DNA of 64,000 nucleotides from Octopus bimaculoides (Eukaryota), in contig NC_068981.1 in assembly GCF_001194135.2 (NCBI RefSeq), positions 38,900,196 to 38,964,195 of the forward strand. The letters run 5' to 3'. The notes beneath the pieces were generated by a model. That model was given only the letters and a program-made list of their open reading frames with translations. It was not told the DNA's origin and did not search any database. A program made the position numbers and the translations under genes. Positions 1 through 13,030 of the stretch are shown here, piece by piece (the stretch's first letter is position 1; each line of letters begins with the position of its first letter).

Positions 1-110
1 TCCCCTCTCTCTCTCTCCGTTCCCTCTCTCTCTCTCTCCTTCCCCTCTCTCTCTCCTTCCCCTCTCTCTCTCTTCTTCCCCCTCTCTCTCTCTCCTTCCC
101 TCTCTCTCAC
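1..110. repeat. Compound (CT)n microsatellite with ~20-bp TCCC(CT)n higher-order units
   Basis: Directly visible: about five repeats of tccc-(ct)n-ctt. Confidence 0.9.
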
Positions 111-3100
111 ATTTGCAACTTGATTTGTGATCTTGCACCAATGTTACAAGTAATACTTTCTACTGTTGTGGCTGTTGTTGTTGTTGTTGTCACTTCTACG
201 AAGTATTTTATTTTTCTTAAAATATATAAGCTATGTTTCATTTTTTTTGTTTCTTTCTTTCTTTGCTCCCTTTAATTTTGAAAGAGGAAAGATATTCATA
301 AGCTGAAAAATATGAATTAACATATTTCTTCAATATTTCTTCAGTTAGTTCCTCTTATAGGATACACATTTATGCAATCATTAGCAAGTTATATACTGAA
401 CATTGATATTTCAGTCTGTCAGTCAGTTCATATTCATATTGCTATGTGTAAACATACATGTTAGTGAATCTACTTGGTTGTTGAAAATCTTATTAATATT
501 TGATCTAGCTAATCCAATCAAATCATCTGTTAATCAAGCTAAGTGGCTTCATGGCCAGTTGCACATTTGATCATCATAGATGATTTGTGATCATCTTAAC
601 AGCTTACATGCTTCAACGCTTCCTTGCCAAGCTTGTCTTTAATGCTCCGTCAACTTGATGGAGAAGGCATCTTAAAGGAAACTGATGTTTAATAACGTTA
701 TGATTACAAACATTTAGCTGTATGGACAGAAAATGTGATGAAGTTTGTCAAGGCCTTCTTGAAATCTTCCACAATATAGTTTCATCTTAAATAGCGGCAT
801 AATTTTGAAAATTATTTTAGCACTACATGATTTTAGAAATTTTAATTACCAATAATGCATGAAAACTAGGAAGTCACAATAAGAGACAATGTGTCAGATC
901 TATCATCAATTATAGAAACATATTGATGTCACTATTCTGAAATCCTTTAAAAATATAAATATGTCCACATGCATATAAACATTATTAAACATTTTATAGT
1001 AGTAAAAACAAATTGGCATAAAATCTAATAAACTTCCAGATGAGAATCAAATCTTCAATCAAACCATCAACTAATGAGTTCCCTCTTGTGAAATCCTCTC
1101 TGTGGGTTTGTAATTATTTTCCCCCTCAAAGTGATTCTTATAACTGTATAGCATTTAACATTCTATTAACATTTTATATAAAAGTATTTTATAATACATT
1201 CATACACTTTATGGTTGAATTAACCACAAATTAACAGTATTAAATCAGCATAATTAACACACTAAATCCAGGTGGGATATCTTGTTTTTGGTAAACATGT
1301 CTTTCCATAGATATGTTATTGATGAATGACAGGAAAAAAATATGATAGTAATATCAAGTGGCAGTTCAATATCAAAAGGGATATAAATATATATGGAGAA
1401 TGTGATGTGTCCTTATTCATACTATAATGTGATAAGCTAAAGATATAATGTTCAATTCCTGTCAGTGGTTTTTTTGTTATTCTTAAATCTTAGATTGTTG
1501 TTTACAACTATAAAATATTGTGTGTGTATTTGCTTGTATGGGGAAAGTAATGCAAGCATGACTATAACACGTTTTTAGTTATATGCACATGATTTTTTAA
1601 TATTGTTTTTCAATTCAAAATGTATTTATACTGACTGATATTATGCCTATGTTTTGACTATTTCACCAGTTTTTGAAACATGTTATTAAATGCAAAAGGA
1701 TATTCACTCCATCATATCCTATCTCTATTTGGCTCTTTGTGTTTCAAATATATCCTGACTGTTGCTCGTGACTGGTGTTGTGTGTTATATTTTCCCCAGC
1801 TAATATTGATGAAAACTGATGTCTCATAACATCAAACATGACCAACAGTTACTATACATTATAAATTTAATGCATCAAATGTTTCTGTTATAGTTTTTTG
1901 TATATACATACATATATGTGTTGTGGTTTACATATATAAATATTAAACTATTGCTACACATTGTGGTAAAGTAGGTAGAGTCCATTATATGTGTATAAAT
2001 TATTTATATTCATCGCTGCATTTCAATACAGTCTTTTGCTTTCTTTATTAAGTGTTTCGAAAGTCTGCATGAGAATGCTGTATTTGAACATGATAATTCT
2101 CAGGTTCTACTCTAATGCACTTCTATTCATTCTCCATTTTTCCCTATGATTTTCTACTATTACAATAACTATACTTACATTATTATGGTTACCATATAAT
2201 TTCTTTATTTTTGAACACAGAAAAATGTATAAGACACATGATGATGAAGACGACAATGACAATATCAAAAAATATGTTGGTTGTGGCAATGGTGATGACG
2301 GTGGTAGTGGTGTTACTGGTGATGAGATGATAGTGGTGATGTTTAAACCCAGGACAACCATGATACAGAAGACTTGTGGTTAAAGTAACTAACCCATCTT
2401 TTACTTGGATATAGTACTGTCTTGTACTAAATCATCAGTGCTATTTCTAGCAGATTCAGCAACCACATAAACATTCTATCATTGATTCTGTGTACATAAC
2501 AGATTTACTAATCACATATAAATCTAATATGGATATTTTATTTGCCATACATTTTTTTCATACAATTCCTGAAAATCCATAACTTTATATGAGTTTTAGA
2601 AAATTGTAAATGTTATAAAGTAAATTTCTCCAGATTTCCATTTTCTGTATATTAATTCCTAAAACACGAAAACATATATTACTTCAAAGTAAAACTTTAT
2701 TACATGCTGCTACAGATTACTTATTTCAGCTTAGACTGGAAAAACAATAATAGCAAAGCAAGGGTGATGGCTATTATAAATGCTATGATGGGAAAAATTT
2801 TGCACATAATTAGTAAAGCTTTTGTGGTGACCATATTTTACGTGATATAAACTTCGATGTGTTTTAGTTGATTATGAAAATAATCAGGAATTCAAAAGCA
2901 TTTAGTAGAATAACAAACACTTTCATTTCTTGGTAAAATAAGTAAGCGTTTGGAATATAACTGAATAAAACATTCTTATATAAAATCATGATAAAATGTT
3001 TAAATTGAATATAAACATATTAAAACAAGAGATTTATTTTGGAACTGATGGCAGTTTTAGATGGATAGTATCAAATGAGTGTCAAAGTATTGAAAACAAA

Positions 3101-3899
3101 GTCAGTATTCAAATAAAACATTTTGGAGAAACAAGGCAGTTTTAGTATTTTTATTCTTTTACTTCATTCACATTATTTTCCAAACAGTCATCTAAGTATC
3201 ATGTCATCCATTGAATGACCAGATTCTTCATGGAATATATTGAATTAGGAATTACTTAATATCATGTATTCTTCTTGCTAACCATTTATTTGAAACAGAG
3301 CAGTTTTTCTTTTGTCATGTTTGTTATTTCTAATTTTATGAAATAATTAATCTAGTGGTAATTTGGGTTAAAACTGCTTTGTTATTTTTAAACAATATCC
3401 AAGTAATTAATATCCAGGTAACACAAGCAAAAGCAACAAAATCAATCAATAAAGTACAATGTCATGGAAATTGCTCCATGGAAAAAAAGAAAAATAAATG
3501 AATATTTCGGGACAGTGTTCCTTTGTCAAAAGAGGAAGAAGGAGATAGAAAGGAAATATAGAAGAAATAGAGAAAGAAAGAAACTATGAAACAAAGAAAG
3601 AAGGCAACAGGAAAAAAATGAATAAATAAATGACATTGAGGCAGAAGAATAACATGCTTGAATGGCAGACAGGAAGTAACAGAGCAAAGAAGTTGCTTTT
3701 TCAAGCAAAGAATAAAAAAATGTGAGTATTGGTAAGAGAAATAACTGTGATAAACATGAGAAGTACAAAAAGGAAATAAAGTATGTATGATGTAAGTTTG
3801 TGTATGTGTGACAAGTATGGACAAAGGTGGTAACATGTAATTAAGTGTGTGTGTGTATGTGTGTGTGTGTGTGTCCACTTTTAAACAGATAAAAATACT

Positions 3900-4730
3900 C
3901 TTCTTTTCTCCTTAATCTGTCACATCATGCATCATCTGAAGGCAATCATGCCAAATCTGCTCTCAGTCATGAACATTGGGAAAATTCTCCCAAGGAGTTA
4001 TGCAAATGTTGTGTCCTTCAATGAGATACAATCACTGTGCATATCAAGAAAGCATTATGGCACCTGATCCTACCTTTAACTCACAGTCACTTCAAATGCT
4101 AGGCCTTGGCACCTCTGAGAATCATTCCTGCTGAAATATCTACAACATAACAAAGACTGCATCACAAAGACTAGCATTCCACTTCAGAACCAAAAGATAC
4201 ATCAATCCCTGCCTTCCTTACTTACAACTATTAACCCTACTCTACAAAGCTTGGCTGAGATTTTCAATGCTCTGCCTTCCGGACACCTGGTACTATTTTT
4301 ACACAAATATTTGTGTAAAAGAAAGGCCTTTCAATTAATTGACATGAAATAACCATAAAACACAACCCAGTCTCTGACTTGCAATCATGTTCCCACATTT
4401 CTTTAAGGGTAACTGGCTTCATGTCATCTCCACTCAGACACTTCCAGCTTCTTTCTTCTCTGTTCATTACCAGTACTGTGTCCAATTGTCCAATGCCAGC
4501 ACCATACATTGACCATTAATTACAGTCTTTTCTCTCATAATCTCCTCCCGCCAGAATTTCTACCTACACTGCACATGCTTTTCCAGCAAATAATGATTTG
4601 CAACATTTCAAGTGAAATATCGTTAAAATCTTTCTCACTAGTCTCAGAAACCTTGTCAATGCAATGAGCACAGCCTCTGCCTTCAGACCAAACTAGTCGA
4701 AAAATGGGAGTCAGCAAAGCATGCAAATAA
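3900..4730 (-). mobile_element. Heavily decayed LINE remnant, possibly L1/Tx1-like
   Basis: Broken minus-strand frames (FRLV...KDFNDI) loosely resemble a LINE endonuclease region. Many stops; family assignment is a guess. Confidence 0.25.
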
Positions 4731-4864
4731 ATGTATGAAAAGATAGGTTAAGTATTAGTGAGTGGTATATGTAAAGCATCATAATATGTGGGGTGTGTGA
4801 AAATTGGAGGTAAATTATGTGTATGGATGGAAAAAGTGATGTGTGTGTGTGTGTGTGTGTGCAT

Positions 4865-4906
<42 letters not shown>

Positions 4907-5989
4907 ATGTGCGTGCGCATGCATATAAGAGAGACAGGCAGATAAACAGAGCAAAAGGGGAATTAAATGATTGAACCAGATTTTGTGTGTTATCTGTGTA
5001 CACAATGAGTGAGGTATGATATTAGTGGGTAATGTTAGCAAGATGTTATAGTGAAGAGTATGGGCATATGGTAGACAGTTGGGGCACTGCATGTGAGAGC
5101 ATGTGTAGAGAAGGCAAGTGGTGTGTGTGTGGTAGGAAAAAGAATAAAACTTGGGTCTTTCAACAAAAAGCAAGTCAGTTGTTTCCTACAGCAATGGTAT
5201 TCTATGGTTGTACTACACAAAGTTAGGAAACAAGCATATCATGGTGTTAAGTATAACTTGATAAAGGATTGCTGGATAACTTTTGAAACATCACTTTATT
5301 TTCATTTGCTTTCCTCCACAGCAACCACTTTTCTACTTTGTACTTTATTTTCCTGGTTATTCATTGCCTTATTTTTGCTTGTATTTTACCTAGATATCTA
5401 TTATTTATATGTTTTAATTTCATAACATCTGAAATTATTTTGAGCTACCTTATACTCTCAGCTACCAAACTTCAATATCAACTATCTTGTCATTTTGGTG
5501 GGCTGTGCAGGAGTTGTTTCCCTTGTCTGGTTGATTACATATTTGATTTATCAATGTTAGAGGCATTAGCTACTGCAAATTTGAATTGAACCTGTAAAAT
5601 GTTGAGAGTATTTTTGTTAATAAAATGTAAACTCAGAATTATTATCAACTAGTGTCAATTCCAAAGATTTTCTCCATTTTATTGGTGGAAATTTCTTCTG
5701 CTCAGTTCACAGAACAGAAGAATCACATCCTTAAATACATATAAAATAAACATGAAACAGATATGCATTCACTGGCAATTACATACTCTACAGTCTCTGA
5801 GATCTCTTGATGCTTGAATTTTGGCAAAATCCTTAAATTTTACTGTAATCATAGATTTGTCGGAGGATAAGATACTTGATAATCCTGAATGTTTCAGACA
5901 AAAGGAATTTACAAAGTACTGATACTTCAAAATTGAGTAGTTGATGAATGGGAATATCATGAAGCTAGAAGATAAGTACACTAACATTT

Positions 5990-6190
5990 CAAGAGGAAGC
6001 TACTACATGATCATTCCACGTGCTAGAAATAGCAGCCAAATATCCTTCAAATTATATTTTAGCATCTTAAAAATATTAAAGATAGTGGATAAAGTTGTAT
6101 AAAAAGATATGATGGTCAAGGCTGGAGCATCTTTAATTATAAGTCTATGTGATTAGAGCTGTACTGTATCTCATCAACAACAACAACATT
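5990..6190 (+). mobile_element. Dispersed repeat, family E (unclassified)
   Basis: Shares gctagaaatagcagccaaat...gatggtca..gctgga...(aac)n with copies near 47880, 54860, 57290, 57540 and 61720. Confidence 0.5.
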
Positions 6191-6799
6191 AACAACAAAC
6201 ACATTTTATGAATATGTTGTATTTATTAAATTGTGTAGCCCTACCTGTATGAAATATGTATGTTTAATTGATCAAGAAAAAGGAAGCATATTTTTATAAC
6301 AATTTTTTAACAATTACATATTACATATACCAAAACAAATTTGATTTTTACTAGTATATGATCATATTACAATGCTACTCTCCACCCCGCTCCCTTTTTT
6401 TGAACTACCACTTCCTCTTCTCCAACCTACTCTTATTTCTTTCATCTTCCCCATAACTGATATAATTGCTATTGAATATGGCCGTGTACTGTTTGCTGTT
6501 CATTGAGTTACATATGTCCCCACCTTTAACCATCTTTCACTAACCTCATATTCTCACAAACTTACCTGATCCTCAATTCCTATCTCATTTGTTCCTCTGT
6601 CTCCACCCACCTCATATTCACCCTCCTGTATCTCGAGAGGATATCTAACATGTCACCACCACCATCCTCTTCTTGTTATTTCTAGCTGGCACATCCATGT
6701 ATCTCCTCTACTGCAAGACACCTGTTCCTATCCCTCTATCATACTCTTACCTTTCAACATTTGGCATTAACCACCTCCCTTAATGCTAATTCTTTCCTC

Positions 6800-7045
6800 C
6801 TCAATTAAAGGGTCTTGTCTACCAAGCTACTTGGTGACCTCACTAGTGGTAGTATCACAAAAAATGCATCAAGTACACTCTGCAAAGTTGCTGGCATTAG
6901 AAAGGGCATCTATTTGTAGAAATCATTCCAAAACAGACATTGGAGCCTAACACAGTCCTTTGATCTGTCAGATCCCATTAAACTGTTCAACTCATACCAG
7001 TATGAAATACAAGTGTTGAATGATGACAATGATGATGATGCTGAA
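6800..7045 (+). mobile_element. RTE-LINE 3' end fragment (family C)
   Basis: ggtgacctcactag...ggcattagaaagggcatc...(gat)n tail, similar to 38500-38650 and 55960-56190. Confidence 0.55.
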
Positions 7046-9344
7046 ATATGAGGAAGATGTGAACTGTATAATTCAGTCAATATGTATAGTCCTTTATGGA
7101 GGAGCGTGTGTAATATGAAGGCATGGTTGATTGGCATTTTAGCTTAGCAGGTGTAAAATTCAAGAGTAATGCAAGCGCATGGGAAGGGAGCACAATTTGT
7201 CTATTAAGTAAGTGTTGATGGAGACGACACAAATACTCTTCAGCAAGATTTTCTTTTTAGTTATTTCCTGAATCAAAGTATCTGTTTCTATTCTTTTTTT
7301 ATTGGTGATTAAAACCTGAAAGCTATGCTCAGGTAAATTTTCTGTTGCACAAACAAAGTAATGAAATCAATAGATCAATGGGATTTATTGAATGGAAAGC
7401 ATTAAATTTGTACCTATGTTATTTAAATTTTGCAGCATTTTTTTTTTCTTTGTATAAACATTTTTATCAATAAAAGAGTGAATTCCCTTAAAAATGATAA
7501 TGGAGTGTCAGGATATTGAAGCATCAAGCTCATATACATGAGCTTGGCACTTGATATAAATAAACCACTCCATGGTTTATTTATATCATCTATATCAACA
7601 TATGACCATTTAGATGGGAACATCATGATCTTGTGTGTTGTAAGATATTAAAGAGATTCTGATGGAAAGGGTAAAGAGCGTCTGGTTGCAAAACACTGCT
7701 TCAGAAAAACTGTCCAACTAATTCCAGTATGTAAACCACTGCTGATGATAATGGTATGTCTGTCACACATAGCCTAAAAGACTATGAATGAGACTGAGCA
7801 ATAAGGAATCCTCTTCATTGTTATTTCATCAGTTAAAATTAGTATTTCTTGTCTTGACTAACTATTTTAGTAACAACAGCTTAACTATAACAGAAGAAAT
7901 TATCCTGGTTTCACCATGTTGCTACCTCTAACCACCAAAATCATCAATTGCAGTATAGCAAACCAATGTGCATCTTTTGTGCCCTTTAATAATTCAATTT
8001 CCAACACAGTTACCTTGATAAACATCTAAGGAAATCTAAATTCTTTATTTAGTAACAAATAATAGTATCTCAGGCGAATCCATCCTGTTTGAGCCTAATA
8101 CAACTTATTTGTATTCTATGCAGTAATTTTCCAACATTAAAAGATTCCTCAATCATGTCTATGTTAAGGTCAATCATAATCAGACAGTGTTTGATAGCCA
8201 ATCAATGAAAATAAGAGGAAAAGCAATAATAAAAATTGCATTTTGTGTAGAAAATACCTTTCTCTTTTCAAACCAAATGTTTTAATGAATGCCAATATCT
8301 AATGGATGCCTATTTCTTGTGACAATAATCGAAATTTCAAGATAAAATCAATATACAGCTAAAATAAATAAATAAATAGATTTGATTGATTAAATTTAGT
8401 GACCAATGAGATAATGTGGGCTGATTGCTAAAGATATTGGTTCAGGATTTAATTTAGCTATCAAATAAGACAAACAAGAAATGATAACAGTGAACTTTTA
8501 AATATTGAACACTGTACTCATCAGTAAAATGAAATGAATTGCAGAGGCAGGGAATATTTTTACACTTGTTTTTTTTTTTTTTTTTTTTTTTTTTTGTTAG
8601 CAAAAAAAAAGAAGCTTAATACATTATTGCAGATAGTAGTTGCAATAAATTCAATTAATTCATCGAAAAATGTCAGTTGTGGTTCTCAAACTGTTTTTAT
8701 CCGCACAATCATAGCAAATGCTCTATTTTGTCCTACACATACACAATACACAAACTCGTCTAAATTGTAAAATATTTACATTAACCATTTGGGAGCTACT
8801 ATTATCGATTTTTTTCTATTTGTTTTTTTTTTTTTTTCGTATGTGAAATGGCAGTATCCTGAAATTGAATATTGAATATGTATCAGTCATTAAAGTGACA
8901 GTAAAAGAAATCATGTTTGTATGTATGTGTTGTCTATATGTAAATGGACACGAGCTCAGAGACATATATGTTTATATATTTGTATGTCTTCTTACACAGC
9001 ACTCTGGTTCTGTAAACAACACACCCGTAGGGAAAACCTCCACATTTGTTGCCAGCTTTGCTTTCAAATCTACACTGCATGCACTCAATAAAATTCTCTC
9101 TTTTGAACTTCACAAATATTTACACACAATAGCCAAGGGTTGAAACTTCAGTAGTGCCTCTACCCACAAAAGGTAAATGAACCTGTCAGCTACAAACTTA
9201 TTGCTATCACTTCCAATATTTCAAAGGTGATAAAATGTGTTGTAATATAAACTATATATACATTTGCATATACATATACATACACACATACAAACATACA
9301 TACACACATGCATACATACATACACATACCAACACATACAAACT

Positions 9345-9379
<35 letters not shown>

Positions 9380-11374
9380 TTGTGTGTATGTGTGCATGCG
9401 TGTGTGTTTGCATGTGTGTATATGCATGTGTGTGTGTGTGTGTGTGTGTGCATCAATGTTTGATATCCCATGGCTATACATGATCGAAATGATGATATGT
9501 TGTTTACTTTCATTGTTGACATTACAACCAGTGATTCTCTGCTTTTGGAAACCTGTAGAATCAAAACTTCTTTACTTGCAAAACAGATAAACTCTAGTGG
9601 CAGGAAGAGTGACTAGTTGTAAAAAATCATCTCTCAAAATATGTCCTTCATCTAGTGCAGAAAAATGGGTGTTACAGCTATTGTTGATTTGAAAAAGGAA
9701 TATCATAATGTTCAGTAATTTAGTTGTTCACTGAGGAAATTAAGTGCAGCCAAATAGCTTGTGAGGACTGTTCAAGCTTATACAAACATGTTGCATGTAA
9801 AGTGAGTTGACAACAATTTAAGTTAATCTAATTAAATCCCTTTAAATTAATCTAATTAAAAATAAAGAATACTAGCATTATTACCAAATGACTGGCAAAG
9901 ATCTCGTATGTTACTTACATTTCTGAGCACCATTAATGAAGACCCTGTCTTTGGGAATATCATCTGTTTCAATGAATTTAGCTCCTGCCAAAAATTTGCT
10001 TTATGAGACCAGAAATCACAATGTTAGAGACATCAAGTTCTATTACTGTTCCTGTGCTAGAAGTAATTATTATCTGAATCTAATAAAATTAATTTACAGA
10101 ATCTGAAGACATGATTCCTAAAAAGAGGAGTCTAAGAAGAATATACAAACGGTTAGAAGAGCCAGTACTTTAAATATCCAAAGAAACTGTTAACACATAA
10201 AAAATGTCTACATTTCTTTCCTTGAGAGCAAACTATTATAGAAAAATATGTCTAAACTGAAGAAATATTCTGTCACATTCTGACTGTTTATGACATCTGA
10301 ATCTTCAAAATACTGCTTTGCAATTCAAAATATTTAACACTTACAGTTCTTATCAAGTAAGGCAATACCAGTAGATGTTACTAAAGTTTCTATATCTAGC
10401 TTTTCATCCATCGAAGTAAATTTGACATTGGCCTTTCCATTTAAACTTCAGATATAATTCCCTTGTTTTTGCTGTCTTTCACAGCTACAGACATTTCCAT
10501 TATATATTATTCACCACCAAATCATCAAACACCTTGAAGATCCTTAACAGCAGATTAAAGCTTATCTCTTATATATATCTTGCAATCATACATAGATAAA
10601 AGTGTGTGTGAGAGCATCCTGAACAGGTATATTGTAGTATCATTTCAAACATACTATAATAGAAATATCTTTTGAGTAGAATACCTTCTTGACAGTTGTT
10701 TAAGGAATTTCTTCTCCTTTTCACTTTTCTTAAAACAAATCTAGTTACAACTAATTTATATTGAGGAACACATTTCTGTTCTGGGATTTACGTTTGTGTT
10801 TTCAACTCTCTATTTGTCTGACTTTGTCATCAGAGCTAACTAATGTGACTCACAGATTAATTTGATTGGTATCTAGCCAGCTGCTTGATTAACTGGGTGA
10901 AGCTTATTTTGAAGATAATAACATTTATGTCAGAAATTTAGCAAATTAACACTCCCTTCATGTATTATGTCACAGTCATAACTTACAGTTATGTGGAAGT
11001 AGTTGTTCTGACCACTAGGACATTGAAGTCTTGTGCTACATATATATTTATTTCATTAACCGTTGAAATATTCTTCAAAACATCTTACAGAGTAAGTACT
11101 TCTATGAGATGTTAAATTTAATTGTATAAGATTACAAACAAAAATTACAAGTTATATTCATGAGTCTACTTCTCTTTGTTGGCACTGTAGGAAGAGTGGC
11201 ACTATTGTCTATGTCTATGTACTAAACTTTTGGGAGTTTAACAGTTCAGCCAAAGTCATGGAATAAAGTGCCTTATTTGTAAACAATTAAGGGTTGGCAT
11301 AAGGAAAGTCATCTTATCATAGGGTATTATCCCAAGAAAATTTGTTCAACCCATGCCAGAATGGAACAGTGGAT

Positions 11375-11501
11375 TCTGCCGAGGTCGATTTTTGCCTTTC
11401 ATCCTTTCGGAGTCAATAAATTAAGTACTAGTTGCATACTGGGGTAGATCTAATCGACTGGCCCCCTCCCCAAATTCCGGACCTTGTGCCTAGAGTTGAA
11501 A
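11375..11501 (+). mobile_element. 5'-truncated SINE B with 17-bp TSD
   Basis: Core gccgaggtcgatttttgcctttcatcctttcgg...ctggggtagatctaatcgac; TSD agaatggaacagtggat at 11358-11374 and 11502-11518. Confidence 0.85.
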
Positions 11502-11944
11502 AGAATGGAACAGTGGATGATAACATCTGTTTTACTGTCATTGCTTTGACAGCACAAGGTTTTAATGAGATTAGTGATTTCACAAACTCCTCAGTCGTGT
11601 TTTGCATAAGTTGGAGATAGCCTCTTAGCCATATACAGAAGAAAGTGATTGACTGTGTTGGAAGAAGTGTAATTAGTTAATTAATTTATTTTGTCATTGA
11701 GTAACCTATATTGTTGATTTTATTTATTTTGCAATGTTGCTAGATGATGTTTTCAGTAATACCAGAGACAGATGGTGTTAAGACGGTGCGTTAATAATGA
11801 ATTATGCAGTTAATGATGGATGCACAGTTAGTAACGAAATTGAAATTAAGAGTAAATGATGTTGTGGGTGGAAGAGAAACATATATGCTTCTGTGTGAGT
11901 GTGCGTGTGTACATGTATGTGCATGCACATACTCACACACACAT

Positions 11945-12120
11945 GTCATCATCATAATCATCATCATCAGCATCATCATATAACAACTATGTGCCATGCA
12001 TTCAAGGATTGCACAGTTTGACAAGATCTGTTGGGTCTGAAGACTGCATAGTGATCCAGTGTCTGCTTTGGCATGGTTTCTATGGATGGATGCCCTCCTT
12101 AATGCCAATCCACACTGTCA
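11945..12120 (-). mobile_element. RTE-LINE 3' end fragment (family C)
   Basis: (cat)n followed by ggcatggtttctatggatggatgccctccttaatgccaa, the reverse complement of the family C 3' end. Confidence 0.7.
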
Positions 12121-12369
12121 TAAAAATATTACCTGTTCTGTAGTGCTTATCACTGGATATACTATTTTGTAGGGGTGAATACCAAATGCAATAGATGCTA
12201 CACTTAATAACATATTGGGAATTAAAATGAATTTAGGTGCCTGAGGATACAGCATGATCCAATATGTGTAGAAGTATTCAATACAGAATATATTTTGCTT
12301 GTAGTTTACTCTTATTCCATAGTATTTAAATAAACATCTGTTCTTTTTATAAATTAGATATAGTTACTG

Positions 12370-12600
12370 ATTTCTTTATTGCCCACAAGGGACTAAACAT
12401 AGAGGCAACAAACAAGGACAGACAAAGGGATCAAGTCGATTACATCGACCCCAGTGCATAAGTGGTACTTAATTTATCGACCCCAAAAGGATGAAAGGCG
12501 AAGTCGACCTCGGTGGAATTTGAACTGAACGTAAATTCAGATGAAATACCGCTAAGCATTTCGCCCAGCATGCTAACGTTTCTGCCAGCTCACCACCTTC
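12370..12600 (-). mobile_element. Full-length tRNA-derived SINE B with 19-bp TSD
   Basis: Minus-strand head gaaggtggtgagctggcagaaac with B-box cagttcaaattcc; TSD aaattagatatagttactg at 12351-12369 and 12601-12619. Confidence 0.9.
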
Positions 12601-12774
12601 AAATTAGATATAGTTACTGTCACATAACAAAGTAATATTTTTTGTCAATTTTCAGTCAGTAAACCCAACCCATATATCAACATTTTAATTTACTAAGAAA
12701 TATTTATATTTATGCCTCTCTTAGTAAACTTGACTTACTGATGTGTATATTATTATTATGATTGTCGGGCTCCA

Positions 12775-13030
12775 ACCTAGGTCACAGCAACCAAGTCCAC
12801 CTACCAATCTTCTTGGTTCAACATCACTGCCTTGAGGTCTTGGATACATTCCTGGCCAATGTCTGCAATCAAGTTGTCAGTGTAAGTATGACAAAATTTT
12901 CCTCTTTTTACATCACCAGGAAGTGGGTTCCATAAGACTAATTTAGATGCTCCCAGTTCAGGGTGGCACACGCAGTGACCACATAGGTGCAGCCATCTTT
13001 GCAGTGAACAGCTTGATTTTGATTTGACTG
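12775..13030 (-). mobile_element. RTE-clade LINE ORF2 C-terminal remnant
   Basis: Minus translation LQRWLHLCGHCVCHPELGASKLVLWNPLPGDVKRGKFCHTYTDNLIADIG matches the RTE pattern RL..AGH...ASKLVLW.P..G...RG....Y.D.L..D.G. Confidence 0.65.

Noticed and set aside
9919-10420. Possible minus-strand exon pair (MDEKLDIETLVTSTGIALLDKN ending at 10345; 66-nt exon 9919-9984)
   Set aside because: Donors are good, but joining the two creates an in-frame TGA and other acceptors give stops; no homology recognised.
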